From positions 307,074 through 371,073 of the forward strand of contig NMRA01000442.1 of assembly GCA_002633005.1 (NCBI GenBank): a stretch of DNA of 64,000 nt, written 5' to 3'. The translations under genes were made by a program, and so were the position numbers. The stretch comes from Phoronis australis. Taxonomy: Eukaryota > Animalia > Phoronida. Under the pieces are notes generated by a model. It worked only from the letters and a program-made list of their open reading frames with translations, did not search any database and had not been told where the DNA came from. Shown here piece after piece: positions 54,801 to 61,624 of the stretch. Each line of letters starts with the position of its first letter. Positions within the stretch are counted from its first letter, which is position 1.

Positions 54801-57800
54801 TGTGATCCAAAAAATATCATCTAATTTAGACCTTTGCCATAGCAATGACAGATGGACAATTATCATTCATTTCAGTACAAAAAAGATATTCAAAACTTTT
54901 GGAAAAACCTTTGAAATTGTCTCTCAGCGTTCATAGCTGTCTACCTCCTTCTTCTAACCAAGGGAATAGTGCTTGCCATATTTCTGCAAAAATTGCGTCA
55001 CTCTCTGACGGTGTTCTAGCACAAAAACTCCAGGGCCATTACCACAAGCTCCAGTGTCCTGAACTCACGGCAAATAACCATTTTCCGGTGTTGTGGAGAC
55101 ATGTTGACATTTGTCGTGTCAACAGATGGCAGTAGAGTATTTTGTGTGCAACGCCACCTACATTTTACTGGATTTTAAAAACATTTTCTTCATTTCTTTG
55201 CTGTCACCATGCAGTCTAATCACCATTGTTTTAGGGCGAGATGTTCCACTAGTTTGTGAAAAAAGCACAACACCTATTTCAGCAGGATTCATGGCAGTCA
55301 CTTGATTCCCCTGCAGAAGCAGCATGGTAGCTCTGCAACGCCAAAAGAATACTCCAAATAATTTTTGCCAGAAGATTGAACTATAAGTTTTTGTATTCTA
55401 CCACTATACGTCTGTTTAATTATATGTTAACTACCACAATCTTTCTGCATTTGGCAAACATGCCTCCATGTGCATGTTGTACATAGGTTCGGCAAACTTC
55501 TATTAAGTAAAACAAAAACATTCATTTAGTTCAAAATATGAGAAGTAAAAAATGTGAAATTGGACTAAATCACCGAAATCCTTTCACCGGGAAATAAAAT
55601 ACATGCACTTCAGGTAACTAACTACCTTGGTTACCAAGGGTCAGCTTCCTTCAAATATGTTCAAAATACCACATACTTTCATAATCTTTGGCCTGAACAT
55701 TTGAAGTCACATGATCATTTTTCTGCAAAATGCCATTCAATAAAGAAGATTGCATCCAAAAATCTTAACATTGCACTTAAAACTTGCAAAATTCAGTTTA
55801 TTTAATTGTATTAGCTGCAAAAGCATTTCTGGGATTTTCCTATAAAGCCTTTTAAGCCGAGAATTGGGCTTTCAATCCCGCATTGGGATAAAGTTTTATG
55901 GGTTAAAATGTGGTTTTTCAGAACATTATTGAGGAAATGTGACTTTCAACAAATCAGTCTGTCGCCTTAACTCACAAGACACAAATTCTGTGTAAGGCAC
56001 TTAACAGTAACCCCTTTTGTCTCTGGTATAAATAAGACGCTACAAACAATGCACATGCATTGAGAAGCAGATTCAGTACGCACATGCTAAAACAGTACAG
56101 CCAACTCATAAGGTGGCCTTCGGTGAGATCATGAAAACCAGTCCATTCAAAAGACAAGAGACAGCAACACAAAAGGCTGAAGTGGAGCGTTCTTCAATCT
56201 AGGACAAAATCTAGTTCAACTTAAGCACAGCCACAGTAAACCCTTTACAGCAATAGAAAATAATGGCCCATAGCGGAGTATCGCTTGCAAGAGGCCTGAA
56301 CTTCATTTCATGTTTTTATGGTAGTAAAATTTAAAATAACCCCAACGGTCAACGTCCGGGAAACTCTTAAAATAAAACATGCACTTCCCCGCTCAAGAAG
56401 TCGTGGATTTTGTTAAAGTAGCTAAGAAAATTGTTCAAAATCTTGCATGCCTGTGAATAGGGTGGACGAACAACCAGTGGTCGAAGTGAAAACTATTCTG
56501 ACTTGGCTTATAATTCCATTATTAGAACTTTTTAAGCACAACAACCAGAGCAGAAAACTAGCTAGACCCAGACACACACACAGACGAGGGGATGGAGCTC
56601 AAAAGACAATGGCGTTATCTGCAAGCTAAACAGCCGCAGTAGATCTGGGCGAGAAATACAATCTCCAAACTCAGAACTTCCAACTTAGTTTTGGAATTTC
56701 CTGTTCTACTTTAACACTGTTTTATTATTAGTCAACTATACTGCGATTTATGAAGAAGAATGCCTGATCCTAGATCGCAACCGACCTATCACCAGGACTT
56801 TGAGTGATGACTTAACTGACCAATCAGAACGCAGCAGTCTTGACACACTTTCGTTTCCAAGCTGCCATTTTACCCGACAAACAACACGCTGCCGGGTAAA
56901 ACTTTTTGTTTGTTTGTTGCCAATTCGCAAGGGGGCGGAGCATGCAATAGGTCAATTGCTGTCCCTTACATCAGAGCTACAAATTTGAGTTTGAAATCTG
57001 GAGCTTTAACTCAAGTGTGCAGCATTCCCATTGCAGGCACTAGGTGCGAACATGGGCTAGGTACAATCAAGTACAAAATCAAAGAGACCAATCGTGACTT
57101 CATGCTAAAACAGAACAGGAAAAGTTAAAACTAAGTCCGAGTTGGTGATGTGCCTGACCAACAGTGGATCACAGCCAATTGTCAAGGGAATTCATAGGTC
57201 TGGCCAGTAAGTCGTTTTTCCACCCTGGAAAGCATGGTGGCAAGAAACCTGTTGACAAAACCTCGATGCTATTAATAGCTAAACACTCTCAAATACATTC
57301 CAGAGATGTCATTCTATTTTACACAACTGATAACCGATACCTCTGGCCATATCTGCAGGGATAGTGTCCACTGAAAATGAAACACATTTGATACATTCAG
57401 CACAGTCGGAAGTTATAGTCCCAAACTTTTATGCTAATCAAAGTCAACAGTGAGTAAAGAACATTTTATTCTACAAAAATGGACTGGGTATCTTACCATT
57501 TCAATATCGGCGAAATGGAGATTTCTAAAAATGTGAATTTCAAAGTAAAAACAAAAACTCGCTAGCTCATTAACTAAAAGTAATTGATACAACATATCCA
57601 AATAAAATTATCAATGAGTAACTGGAATAGTACACCAAAAATGCAAAACTCTAGCCCTTTAAGAGACATTATCAGTCTTACGGCCAAATCCCAATTTTAG
57701 GATTACCATTGGATGAGATAGACTTCTTGAAGTTATTAGCTTTGACCAGAGCTATAAAACAATAAAACCCACTGTCATCACAAATCGAAAATTCTCGCCA

Positions 57801-59501
57801 TTGTCTAACAGGCCGCTAGCTCACTAAATGCTTTTCCTGCCACCAACTAATTTTAGAATTTTAGAATTTTAGTTCTGAGAAAGTATGTTACACATATAAA
57901 TCATAACCCTCACGAATTTTCACAAATCTTTGTCGCTTTGGCTTTAATAACTCGAAAGAAATTTAAGTCAAGATTTGCCATGATATTTTTCAACTCATCA
58001 CTACTCTGTGCATGTATACAGTAAGAAATCTTCAGTTTGGAGCTTAACATAACAGACAAGTAGAATATTACCTCACTACTATCAATACTCTCAACCAAAA
58101 TAACTATTAAGGTTAAGCAGAACATTAATGGTAACTGTGTATTATCCAAATATCTGCAAAGCTATAGATTTTAACTCCACTAGTTAAAACTAAACATTTT
58201 CTGAAAGTGGAAAGCTTGTAGAATTTTATTTTTTAAACTTTTTACCAATCTCTCACTAATTGGGACACGTGTTTTGATTAAATTCAGCCAAACAACGTAA
58301 ATCCGTCCCAAAACAACAGTAACAATAACGTGACCAAATTTAGATCATAGTTCAAGATGACATTTCAAGAACACTGTTAATAGTTTTTCTAAACCATTGT
58401 TTTGTTTTCATTTTTATACATTTAAAAAAAAAGAAAAGTCCATCATTTTGAAGAATAGTGCATGACAGTTTCATAAGAATCAGATAAGCCATTTTAGAGA
58501 TGTGACGCTCGAAGTTAGCCAACCTGTAGTATTTTTCTAAGGACCTACATAACCATAATTCAGGTCACATTTTGAGAGAGGGAACACACATCACAAATTG
58601 TGAGGATTTGGTAAAAATTTGACAATTTGTCGAGCATATGCAGCAATGTAGTCACCCTTTCAAAAAATGTCAATTTCGGCAATTCTTCTCTCAAATACAA
58701 AAATTCCAACTAAAATCGCCTGTTCAGAAAGGGGATCAAGAAACCACTCCCCAACGCGCACTGGTCATGTGAGGGAGTGGTCAAAGACCACATTTGCATT
58801 TCTTGCTCCTTACCAAGTTGTCCAGCTTGCACCATGGGTACGATATCGGCAATGGTCAAGGTCGCGTCATACAGACCGGAGTAGTTGAGAGTGGGAAACA
58901 CGGAGAGGCGTACCACGTCCTTCTGGCGCACGGTGTAAACTTCGTGCGTTGACTTGGGCACATCTTTGAGAACACTGAGGAAACACAAACCATAAAAGAT
59001 TACTTTTGTCTCATGTTCGCGTTGCACAGTGATCACAGCAATCTTAATAGTTTCCAATCGGAAAAGACATTGCATTCCACGCAGGTGTTCCAGTTCAACG
59101 AGCCATCTGTACCACCGATTGCACACACAAAATTTGCAAAAATAGGTCACGTGACAAAATGTTAAAAAATATATCACGTGATGTGACCACACGACTATGG
59201 TGAGATACCTAATATGCAATAATCTTTAATATATTCCGATGATACCATCAATCCTGTTTTCAGCCACATTGAGTTGAACAGGTCTAGATCAAATGAAAAG
59301 TTAGTTCAAACTGTGAATAGGGCTTACTACTGAAGGCATGAGGATTCATTTTTAAATCATTTTGCTCAATGTCGACAAACCTTAGGAGCGTCTGTGAAAA
59401 GAACTTCAACGTGTTAACGATATCAGTGCCCGACGGCGGTGGAGGGATATTGTTTGTGATGCGGTGGTAGTAGTCCTTCAGGTTACGCACCTTGGCGTCG
59501 A
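718..59501 (-). CDS. UNC79: UNC79 (NALCN channel complex auxiliary subunit), multi-exon gene span; start exon not found, 3' end beyond window
   Basis: 36 exons join in frame with consistent phases. Peptides match recalled UNC79 motifs: PSGTDIVNTLKFFSQTLL, DLLQVIAYGP, LFHYWPQLNP, NRPVRYC, LLPHPVEYARIGGTWD, WDYIMPYWLEAIRTE, EDWRVRFSAVEK, WDFFLNRFDAL, RQSWLSVLLVILYK, ARQFLRCTLHQLAPNGIFVQLF. Confidence 0.96.
1855..2336. mobile_element. Probable hAT-like DNA transposon end
   Basis: CpG-rich stretch with repeated CGCGGAAA subterminal motifs ending in ...AGCCCTG (CAGGGCT terminus). Confidence 0.45.
2860..3099 (-). CDS. UNC79: UNC79 exon (GLNSKKNLP...LSNLATYLDC...FETFFRRL...PGIGNMK), 240 nt, phase 0-0
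   Basis: cag acceptor, gttagt donor. Confidence 0.92.
3970..4055 (-). CDS. UNC79: UNC79 exon (DPDFFKTVANALVDFSDLSSYMALEFLLE), 86 nt, phase 1-0
   Basis: cttttcag-type acceptor, gttagt donor. Confidence 0.88.
4412..4472 (+). mobile_element. Degenerate tRNA-derived SINE head
   Basis: A-box-like TGGCTCATCTAG and B box GGTTCAAATCC. Confidence 0.45.
4947..5065 (-). CDS. UNC79: UNC79 exon (SNLIVPGNSISAARQFLRCTLHQLAPNGIFVQLFQSNIE), 119 nt, phase 2-1
   Basis: cag acceptor, gtatga donor; strongly conserved peptide. Confidence 0.93.
5335..5601 (-). CDS. UNC79: UNC79 exon (YRRKVDLP...DRCSECNAILEQYEEETISLC...TFVHREP...YSWQTD), 267 nt, phase 2-2
   Basis: aag acceptor, gtgagt donor; conserved CxxC...EEY/DEET motif. 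Confidence 0.9.
5860..6034 (-). CDS. UNC79: UNC79 exon (ESAATETSPAEG...PNLKPRKTGL...KNKPR), 175 nt, phase 1-2
   Basis: tttag acceptor, gtatcg donor; phases fit both neighbours. Confidence 0.78.
6380..6707 (-). CDS. UNC79: UNC79 exon (KSAEPKVSDDKP...YNTIEEE...AKET), 328 nt, phase 0-1
   Basis: cag acceptor, gtgggt donor; long Ser/Lys/Glu-rich open frame. Confidence 0.75.
7402..7515 (-). CDS. UNC79: UNC79 exon (KTLELSFEQYVIEKSIKE...MSPSPV), 114 nt, phase 0-0
   Basis: cttgtctttcag acceptor, gtaatt donor; open frame. Confidence 0.68.
8224..8483. repeat. 16-bp CpG-rich minisatellite, about 16 copies
   Basis: Unit TCCAA(CA/GA/CC)GCACGCGTG with internal palindrome CACGCGTG. Confidence 0.95.
8511..8699 (-). 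CDS. UNC79: UNC79 exon (KLQEAAAARNKEAPPTPKKP...VAEKP), 189 nt, phase 0-0
   Basis: cag acceptor, gtaagt donor; GC-rich open frame; poorly conserved region so 5' boundary less certain. Confidence 0.72.
9460..9632 (-). CDS. UNC79: UNC79 exon (DTSNVSVGDLEQIQETPES...VKFRIQ), 173 nt, phase 1-0
   Basis: cttccag acceptor, gttaga donor; start of the low-complexity region. Confidence 0.78.
10439..10583 (-). CDS. UNC79: UNC79 exon (YQYNTEPAMGIAITLVRLTINTINAQHHKCR...RRTR), 145 nt, phase 0-1
   Basis: tttcag acceptor, gtaatt donor; YQY...NTxxAQHHxC motif. Confidence 0.88.
10627..10718 (-). pseudogene. Diverged partial tandem duplicate of the 10439-10583 exon (pseudo-exon or alternative exon)
   Basis: Encodes TTEPAIGFAITLIQVSINTVNAQ versus NTEPAMGIAITLVRLTINTINAQ; homologous cag acceptor followed by a 2-nt insertion. 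Confidence 0.7.
11137..11319 (-). CDS. UNC79: UNC79 exon (VLDRNFELG...LQYCPSPQ...YTLWYLEPHSRQSWLSVLLVILYK), 183 nt, phase 0-0
   Basis: tag acceptor, gtggga donor; strongly conserved peptide. Confidence 0.92.
11343..11530. repeat. Degenerate tandem repeat of about 28 bp
   Basis: GTTGATATGC....ACCATCTGCATCT variants, 6-7 copies, just upstream of an acceptor. Confidence 0.7.
12084..12257 (-). CDS. UNC79: UNC79 exon (FMTHPD...IRHLYILLGY...LRSSTVFNAFLAGLPQ), 174 nt, phase 0-0
   Basis: tag acceptor, gtgggc donor. Confidence 0.92.
12740..13085 (+). mobile_element. Decayed LINE ORF2 C-terminal fragment (RTE-X-like)
   Basis: KRILGV...N..IMRECDRFPL...KAAYDML...NWASFVRKLLSVNGFSDVWINQ resembles the post-RT region of RTE-X LINEs; contains frameshifts. 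Confidence 0.6.
13722..13843 (-). CDS. UNC79: UNC79 exon (EGNLREFTDHESKFAALLQKAMDLEGVERETVHLLVTLLSK), 122 nt, phase 1-0
   Basis: tag acceptor, gtaagt donor. Confidence 0.88.
13815..14781. repeat. 483-bp direct duplication across single N (14298); probable contig-overlap artefact
   Basis: 13815-14297 nearly identical to 14299-14781; the second copy has only the first 29 nt of exon 13722-13843. Confidence 0.85.
15573..15683 (-). CDS. UNC79: UNC79 exon (DAKAKLYARQKSAPVLRRRG...NNYMFP), 111 nt, phase 1-1, probable GC donor
   Basis: ttttgtttcag acceptor; RQxSAP motif; best phase-1 donor is CAG|GCATGT. Confidence 0.72.
16030..16344. mobile_element. Probable Tc1/mariner (pogo/Tigger-like) non-autonomous remnant
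   Basis: Repeated GTGGGCTTATAC subterminal motifs, inverted ATAAGCCCAC, terminus ...GTATATGGTA resembling TATACGGTA ends. Confidence 0.45.
17545..17846. repeat. 88-91-bp tandem repeat, about 3.3 copies
   Basis: AAGGTAACACTGCCCTC.GTAGGACATTG...CAGGCAACCAA. Confidence 0.9.
18120..18380. mobile_element. Foldback/MITE with imperfect inverted arms of about 90-100 bp
   Basis: Left arm CCAGTAAGAAC...TGACAG...GCTCCT...CCATCTT...ATTGGACA..AGGTG mirrored by right arm CACCT..TGTCCAAT...AAGATGG...AGGAGC...CTGTCA...GTTCTTACTGG. Confidence 0.75.
19428..19607 (-). CDS. UNC79: UNC79 exon (DLTSSDKSSQHFLRKLNRARFAL...PAYNRACSVP...SRK), 180 nt, phase 1-1
   Basis: cag acceptor, gtaagc donor. Confidence 0.88.
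22043..22244 (-). CDS. UNC79: UNC79 exon (CMCECMEAQFDAVIGDRCMILQ...WDFFLNRFDALSIEAQ...ELT), 202 nt, phase 0-1
   Basis: cag acceptor, gttggc donor; strongly conserved peptide. Confidence 0.92.
22627..23135 (-). repeat. 42-bp minisatellite, about 11 copies
   Basis: Unit GTGAATGTGGTGTGAATGTGTTGAGGGTCCTCATGGGACAGA; explains the spurious His/Thr-rich ORFs. Confidence 0.92.
23521..23702 (-). CDS. UNC79: UNC79 exon (VEKATVLARLMD...LESIKPTSIQ), 182 nt, phase 1-0
   Basis: cag acceptor, gtaact donor. Confidence 0.9.
24790..25415 (+). repeat. 42-bp-derived minisatellite element, inverted homologue of 22627-23135
   Basis: CATGAGGACCCTCAACACATTCACACCACATTC units; shared non-repetitive end CACGTCAAGAC...AATTAG. 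Confidence 0.85.
25615..25772 (-). CDS. UNC79: UNC79 exon (FWTMLEGDNSHLS...LLHC...EDWRVRFSA), 158 nt, phase 2-1
   Basis: cag acceptor, gtgggt donor. Confidence 0.9.
26030..26178 (-). CDS. UNC79: UNC79 exon (EMETETDTDILFYVLKSIKILILHGEVL...KLIP), 149 nt, phase 0-2
   Basis: cag acceptor, gtattg donor; DxLFY...LHG motif. Confidence 0.88.
26944..27092. repeat. About 52-bp tandem repeat, 3 copies
   Basis: AAAAATAAAGAGAA...GATTTTAC..TGTTTTTAGC. Confidence 0.8.
27613..27743 (-). CDS. UNC79: UNC79 exon (GEGTLSMYNTEND...FIIGDMPAYLQILHTLIH), 131 nt, phase 1-0
   Basis: ttttggctgtttccag acceptor, gtaagt donor; open frame; not in ORF track. Confidence 0.82.
28413..28680 (-). CDS. UNC79: UNC79 exon (IELSNTPSHLG...HTCQDNQSGVCKFC...IQHKS), 268 nt, phase 0-1
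   Basis: cag acceptor; donor gtcgga is weak but gives the phase needed by the next exon. Confidence 0.8.
29419..30072. repeat. About 52-bp minisatellite starting at the 5' splice site of exon 30075-30365, interrupted by the SINE
   Basis: Unit GTCATGG(C/G)TCAC(C/T)ATATCCAAGGG.GATA.TGTCA.CAGTGTCAT.GTCTCTA. Confidence 0.85.
29777..30006 (-). mobile_element. tRNA-derived SINE inserted in a minisatellite, with 7-bp target-site duplication
   Basis: Minus strand A box TGGCCTGGTTG, B box GGTTCGAGTC, AT-rich tail; GTCTATA at 29770-29776 and 30007-30013. Confidence 0.75.
30075..30365 (-). CDS. UNC79: UNC79 exon (ILSSVDIVIPLLMLLKMF...ELNITCFILMLDILLKQ), 291 nt, phase 0-0
   Basis: cag acceptor, gtaatg donor; conserved ends. 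Confidence 0.9.
30918..31798. repeat. About 365-bp direct duplication across single N (31282); probable haplotype overlap
   Basis: 30918-31281 matches 31430-31798 with a few SNPs and a 4-bp indel. Confidence 0.8.
31827..31950 (-). CDS. UNC79: UNC79 exon (KTFDIEMSPLPF...IQEQALQWLQ), 124 nt, phase 2-0
   Basis: cag acceptor, gtatag donor; FDIExxPLPF and QEQALxWL motifs. Confidence 0.92.
32612..32700 (-). CDS. UNC79: Second copy of the 89-nt UNC79 exon (probable haplotype duplicate; EIPSN instead of EIPNN)
   Basis: One non-synonymous difference (AAT to AGT) from 35722-35810. Confidence 0.6.
33274..33465 (-). CDS. UNC79: Second copy of the 192-nt UNC79 exon (probable haplotype duplicate)
   Basis: Three synonymous differences from 36383-36574. 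Confidence 0.6.
34246..34283 (-). CDS. UNC79: Second copy of the 38-nt UNC79 exon (probable haplotype duplicate)
   Basis: Identical to 37295-37332. Confidence 0.6.
34711..34934 (-). CDS. UNC79: Second copy of the 224-nt UNC79 exon (probable haplotype duplicate)
   Basis: Same peptide with two synonymous differences; inside block 32110-35224 that ends at N 35225. Confidence 0.6.
35722..35810 (-). CDS. UNC79: UNC79 exon (VWDYIMPYWLEAIRTEIPNNEVVEIKTLL), 89 nt, copy 1
   Basis: tag acceptor, gtaagt donor; phase 0-2. Confidence 0.9.
36383..36574 (-). CDS. UNC79: UNC79 exon (YIYNWLQEVKK...LLPHPVEYARIGGTWD...PYDIVTYE), 192 nt, copy 1
   Basis: cag acceptor, gtgaag donor; phase 0-0. Confidence 0.9.
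37295..37332 (-). CDS. UNC79: UNC79 short exon (DNVGNALEKLKPE), 38 nt, copy 1
   Basis: ttttcag acceptor, gtatgt donor; VGxxxEKLKP motif; phase 1-0. Confidence 0.88.
38675..38898 (-). CDS. UNC79: UNC79 exon (LLKEAEPHD...LLSRYGIW...FHWFDCVAYLPD), 224 nt, copy 1
   Basis: cag acceptor, gtgagt donor; phase 2-1. Confidence 0.9.
39130..39592. repeat. 22-bp minisatellite, about 20 copies (start also seen at 35165-35224)
   Basis: Unit TTGCTTAGTACTATTTCTGCTA. Confidence 0.9.
39818..40032 (-). CDS. UNC79: UNC79 exon (NCSSSNSQAVVTCFSMQC...NRPVRYCASCHDNKH...MDAIVS), 215 nt, phase 0-2
   Basis: cag acceptor, gtacga donor; conserved Cys/His-rich motif. Confidence 0.92.
40917..41070. repeat. 29-bp minisatellite, about 5 copies
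   Basis: Unit AGTTATTGAACTCTACCCAGGTCTTCTAC. Confidence 0.9.
41542..41700 (-). CDS. UNC79: Second copy of the 159-nt UNC79 exon (probable haplotype or assembly duplicate)
   Basis: Same exon sequence; duplicated block 41502-41942 / 41944-42385 abuts the single N at 41943. Confidence 0.6.
41983..42141 (-). CDS. UNC79: UNC79 exon (ICLHPELAIECCGRPPPVYICVDC...LLPMDHVSLVCENK), 159 nt, copy 1
   Basis: tag acceptor, gtgaaa donor; PPPxYxCxxC motif; phase 0-0. Confidence 0.9.
42971..43035 (-). CDS. UNC79: UNC79 exon (AWQPPLCQRNNCINARRTNAKK), 65 nt, phase 1-0
   Basis: cag acceptor, gtgact donor; supplies the required phase 1-to-0 link; W-x-P-x-x-CQ-x3-C motif. Confidence 0.85.
43425..43925. repeat. 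Degenerate minisatellite of about 38-40 bp with alternating subunits
   Basis: Repeated CAG(T/A)CTTC.CTTTATGAGACTG...TGAAGAC; GTCTTC/GAAGAC internal inversion. Confidence 0.85.
45925..46095. mobile_element. 171-bp MITE, copy 1
   Basis: Perfect 10-bp TIR GACCTATCAC...GTGATAGGTC; internal TTTTACCCG/CGGGTAAAA hairpin. Confidence 0.75.
50400..50585 (-). CDS. UNC79: UNC79 exon (EFHSQLLECLMSMK...DLLQVIAYGP...LFHYWPQLNP...YKYL), 186 nt, phase 1-1
   Basis: cag acceptor, gtaatg donor; strongly conserved peptide. Confidence 0.92.
50729..50809. repeat. Intronic inverted repeat (hairpin)
   Basis: AAATCACCAAGAAACATTACA (50747-50767) pairs with TGTAATGTTTCTTGGAGATTT (50779-50799) with one mismatch; outer AGGGCAAGAC/GTCTTGCTCT. 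Confidence 0.8.
52388..52560 (+). pseudogene. Truncated THAP-domain remnant, probably from a DNA transposon
   Basis: Frame reads CCAAGCNS...VKFFAFPT..RDKKMRSKWVKQDRRVNFE (C-x4-C, FxFP, W, RR of THAP); lacks the CxxHF end and a nearby in-frame ATG. Confidence 0.6.
52992..53081 (-). CDS. UNC79: UNC79 exon (GHPGIDEAATTASDSVAAVLMMVLQYTEKP), 90 nt, phase 1-1
   Basis: cag acceptor, gtaacg donor; LMxxxQYT motif. Confidence 0.88.
53081..53312. repeat. 44-bp minisatellite, about 5 copies, each containing the exon's 3' splice site
   Basis: Unit GACCTGCAGGTAAATAGGCTGATAATGCATAAATGAGGGACAGA; CCTG at 53081, 53125, 53169, 53213, 53257. Confidence 0.9.
53482..53593. repeat. Tandem duplication of about 57 bp
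   Basis: GAACTAGTGAGTATTCA.AATACTTT..TCTCTTGCAATTCAAACTATGTGTTCAA twice. Confidence 0.85.
54197..54367 (-). CDS. UNC79: UNC79 exon (ELGESVLHVLGCLVPFL...LPYTIAATLPVFP...LLPATL), 171 nt, phase 1-1
   Basis: aag acceptor, gtaagt donor; conserved CLxPFL and LPYT motifs; not in ORF track. Confidence 0.9.
56783..56953. mobile_element. 171-bp MITE, copy 2 (inverted relative to 45925-46095)
   Basis: Ends GACCTATCAC...GCAATAGGTC; internal TTTTACCCG/CGGGTAAAA hairpin; same length as and homologous to copy 1. Confidence 0.75.
58814..58974 (-). CDS. UNC79: UNC79 exon (VLKDVPK...FPTLNYSGLY...VQAGQL), 161 nt, phase 2-1
   Basis: cag acceptor, gtaagg donor; phases fit neighbours. Confidence 0.9.
59381..59501 (-). 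CDS. UNC79: UNC79 exon (xDAKVRNLKDYYHRITNNIPPPPSGTDIVNTLKFFSQTLLS), 121 nt, phase 1-2
   Basis: tag acceptor, gtttgt donor; conserved N-terminal motif. Confidence 0.92.
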
Positions 59502-60104
59502 CTAAAAACAAATAAGAAACCATTACACGCACGATCATTTCATCAAACGCATTACAACACCGCTCTACAAAAGCACATAATACAAGAGCAACGCAATGTC
59601 GACATGTGCCAACGACTGCACTGCAAACCTTGTGCTTCAAGTGGTGAAACCCTAGAAAAATGACCAATGTGGTTTAACATCTTAGAAATGGCTGATTGCA
59701 ATCAATTTAGACTTTTAGATACAGTTCAGATACACACTGTTCTCCAAAAGACTGACAGGAATTCATTTTAAAGCGTTCCCCATTTGAATGAAAAACGCGA
59801 CAGTAGCACAAAATGAAATGATAATTTAGAAAACCATGCCAGTGAACTTTGTTCAACAAAAAATGGTCATACTGCTACGAATGTACATTTCTTTATTGCA
59901 AACTTTTAATAAAAGGAGATGGTGATGTGACCAATTTGAATAGCATAAGGCAGAATAGTATGAATCCAAAAATCAAATTCTTCAGTCTTTCTACTTTCAG
60001 AAAATATAATATTATACTTTATACCACAATATCAGCCTCGAATGGCCAATACAACCCTGTAATAACCCATTTAGTAATCTCAATAGTGAAATAACATTTT
60101 GGCG

Positions 60105-60182
60105 GGAAACCGAGGCCAGATTCGAACCCGGGCTTCAAGAGTTTCGAGTCGCCGACTTTACCACTACACCACTCAGGGCTGA
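60105..60182 (-). mobile_element. tRNA-derived SINE head or tRNA pseudogene
   Basis: A box TGGTGTAGTGG and B box GGTTCGAATC at tRNA spacing; anticodon and acceptor stems do not pair properly. Confidence 0.6.
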
Positions 60183-60742
60183 CGTCATTGAACGTGAAAA
60201 TAGAATTACTTAAATGAACACGCGCAACAATCGCATGTTCATCAAAGGGCATTGTACCAACATTTATATGCTATGAAAAATAAGATGCATAATTTCCATA
60301 AAAACGATATTTTAATTCAGTGAAATTTTTCTCTCATGCTCTCACTTGTAAATCACCAATATCCAATTAGAATGCGGGTATCGCGTCGTCAGGATCCTTT
60401 GACTTGAGCATTATACTCAATTACTAGTGATAACCAACTTCAGCAGACGATATGTTCAGAGTCGAACCTTAGCATGATAAAATGTGTAGCAAGCTATAAT
60501 AGTTGCTAAACCTTAATTTATAGATTCACTTTATTTCTACTTTGTATAAATTTTCAATTGGTTTTTAATAAAAGCATTATTTGACAGATTAGATCTACTT
60601 TTCTTAAAAGGTCACAACCTCCTACTACGGGCCTCTGACACAGAAAATAGTTACAAAGCAAAGGCGAGTTGAGAAAGGTAGATCAATTCATTGCAATGCT
60701 TCTCATTCATTATGTGGTATAACTAGATAATTAAATGTTCTC

Positions 60743-60875
60743 AGTCGTTATCCCCCTCATCTAGAGCCCTTGTGGATTTTGGAGATTTTTCACCCTTGGG
60801 GCTGATGCCCCTCGGGCGATAACTCTCCAAAATCCACTAGGGCTCTAGAATACAGGGGGGGGGGGGTTAATGACT
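60743..60875. mobile_element. Palindromic MITE-like hairpin
   Basis: Arms TCTAGAGCCCTTGTGGATTTTGGAG and CTCCAAAATCCACTAGGGCTCTAGA, with outer AGTCGTTA...TAATGACT. Confidence 0.7.
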
Positions 60876-61246
60876 TCGCCATGTCATAATCTACATTTAA
60901 CATTATTAAATTCTATGGTTTTGCAGATATTTGGGCAATATAGTCTGACATAACTTGACAAAATCTTTAGAACCAGTTTTCTCTACTGAATAACCAGCAT
61001 TAACTGGTTCTCAAAATGTGGGCACATTATATCAGACTATTGGATAAATGCATAAAACCTTGAAATACAAATCTAGGGAGTCAGTGTTAATACAATGAAC
61101 ATTTCATTACATGGCTTATCAATTCCTCACATCAACAAGCCCAGCTACTACAGTGATCTTTCAACTGATTTCATAACTGTGGTTTATCTAAGCCAGGTTT
61201 AAAAGCTAAAGCTGGTCTTAATACCTGGTCTAATTTTAGACCTAAG

Positions 61247-61624
61247 NNNNNNNNNNNNNNNNNNNNNNNNNNNNNNNNNNNNNNNNNNNNNNNNNNNNNN
61301 NNNNNNNNNNNNNNNNNNNNNNNNNNNNNNNNNNNNNNNNNNNNNNNNNNNNNNNNNNNNNNNNNNNNNNNNNNNNNNNNNNNNNNNNNNNNNNNNNNNN
61401 NNNNNNNNNNNNNNNNNNNNNNNNNNNNNNNNNNNNNNNNNNNNNNNNNNNNNNNNNNNNNNNNNNNNNNNNNNNNNNNNNNNNNNNNNNNNNNNNNNNN
61501 NNNNNNNNNNNNNNNNNNNNNNNNNNNNNNNNNNNNNNNNNNNNNNNNNNNNNNNNNNNNNNNNNNNNNNNNNNNNNNNNNNNNNNNNNNNNNNNNNNNN
61601 NNNNNNNNNNNNNNNNNNNNNNNN
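61247..61624. other. Assembly gap (N run)
   Basis: Run of N bases. Confidence 0.99.

Noticed and set aside
60105-60182. Functional tRNA-Ser(CGA)
   Set aside because: A and B boxes are present but the anticodon and acceptor stems do not pair, and the long variable arm is absent.
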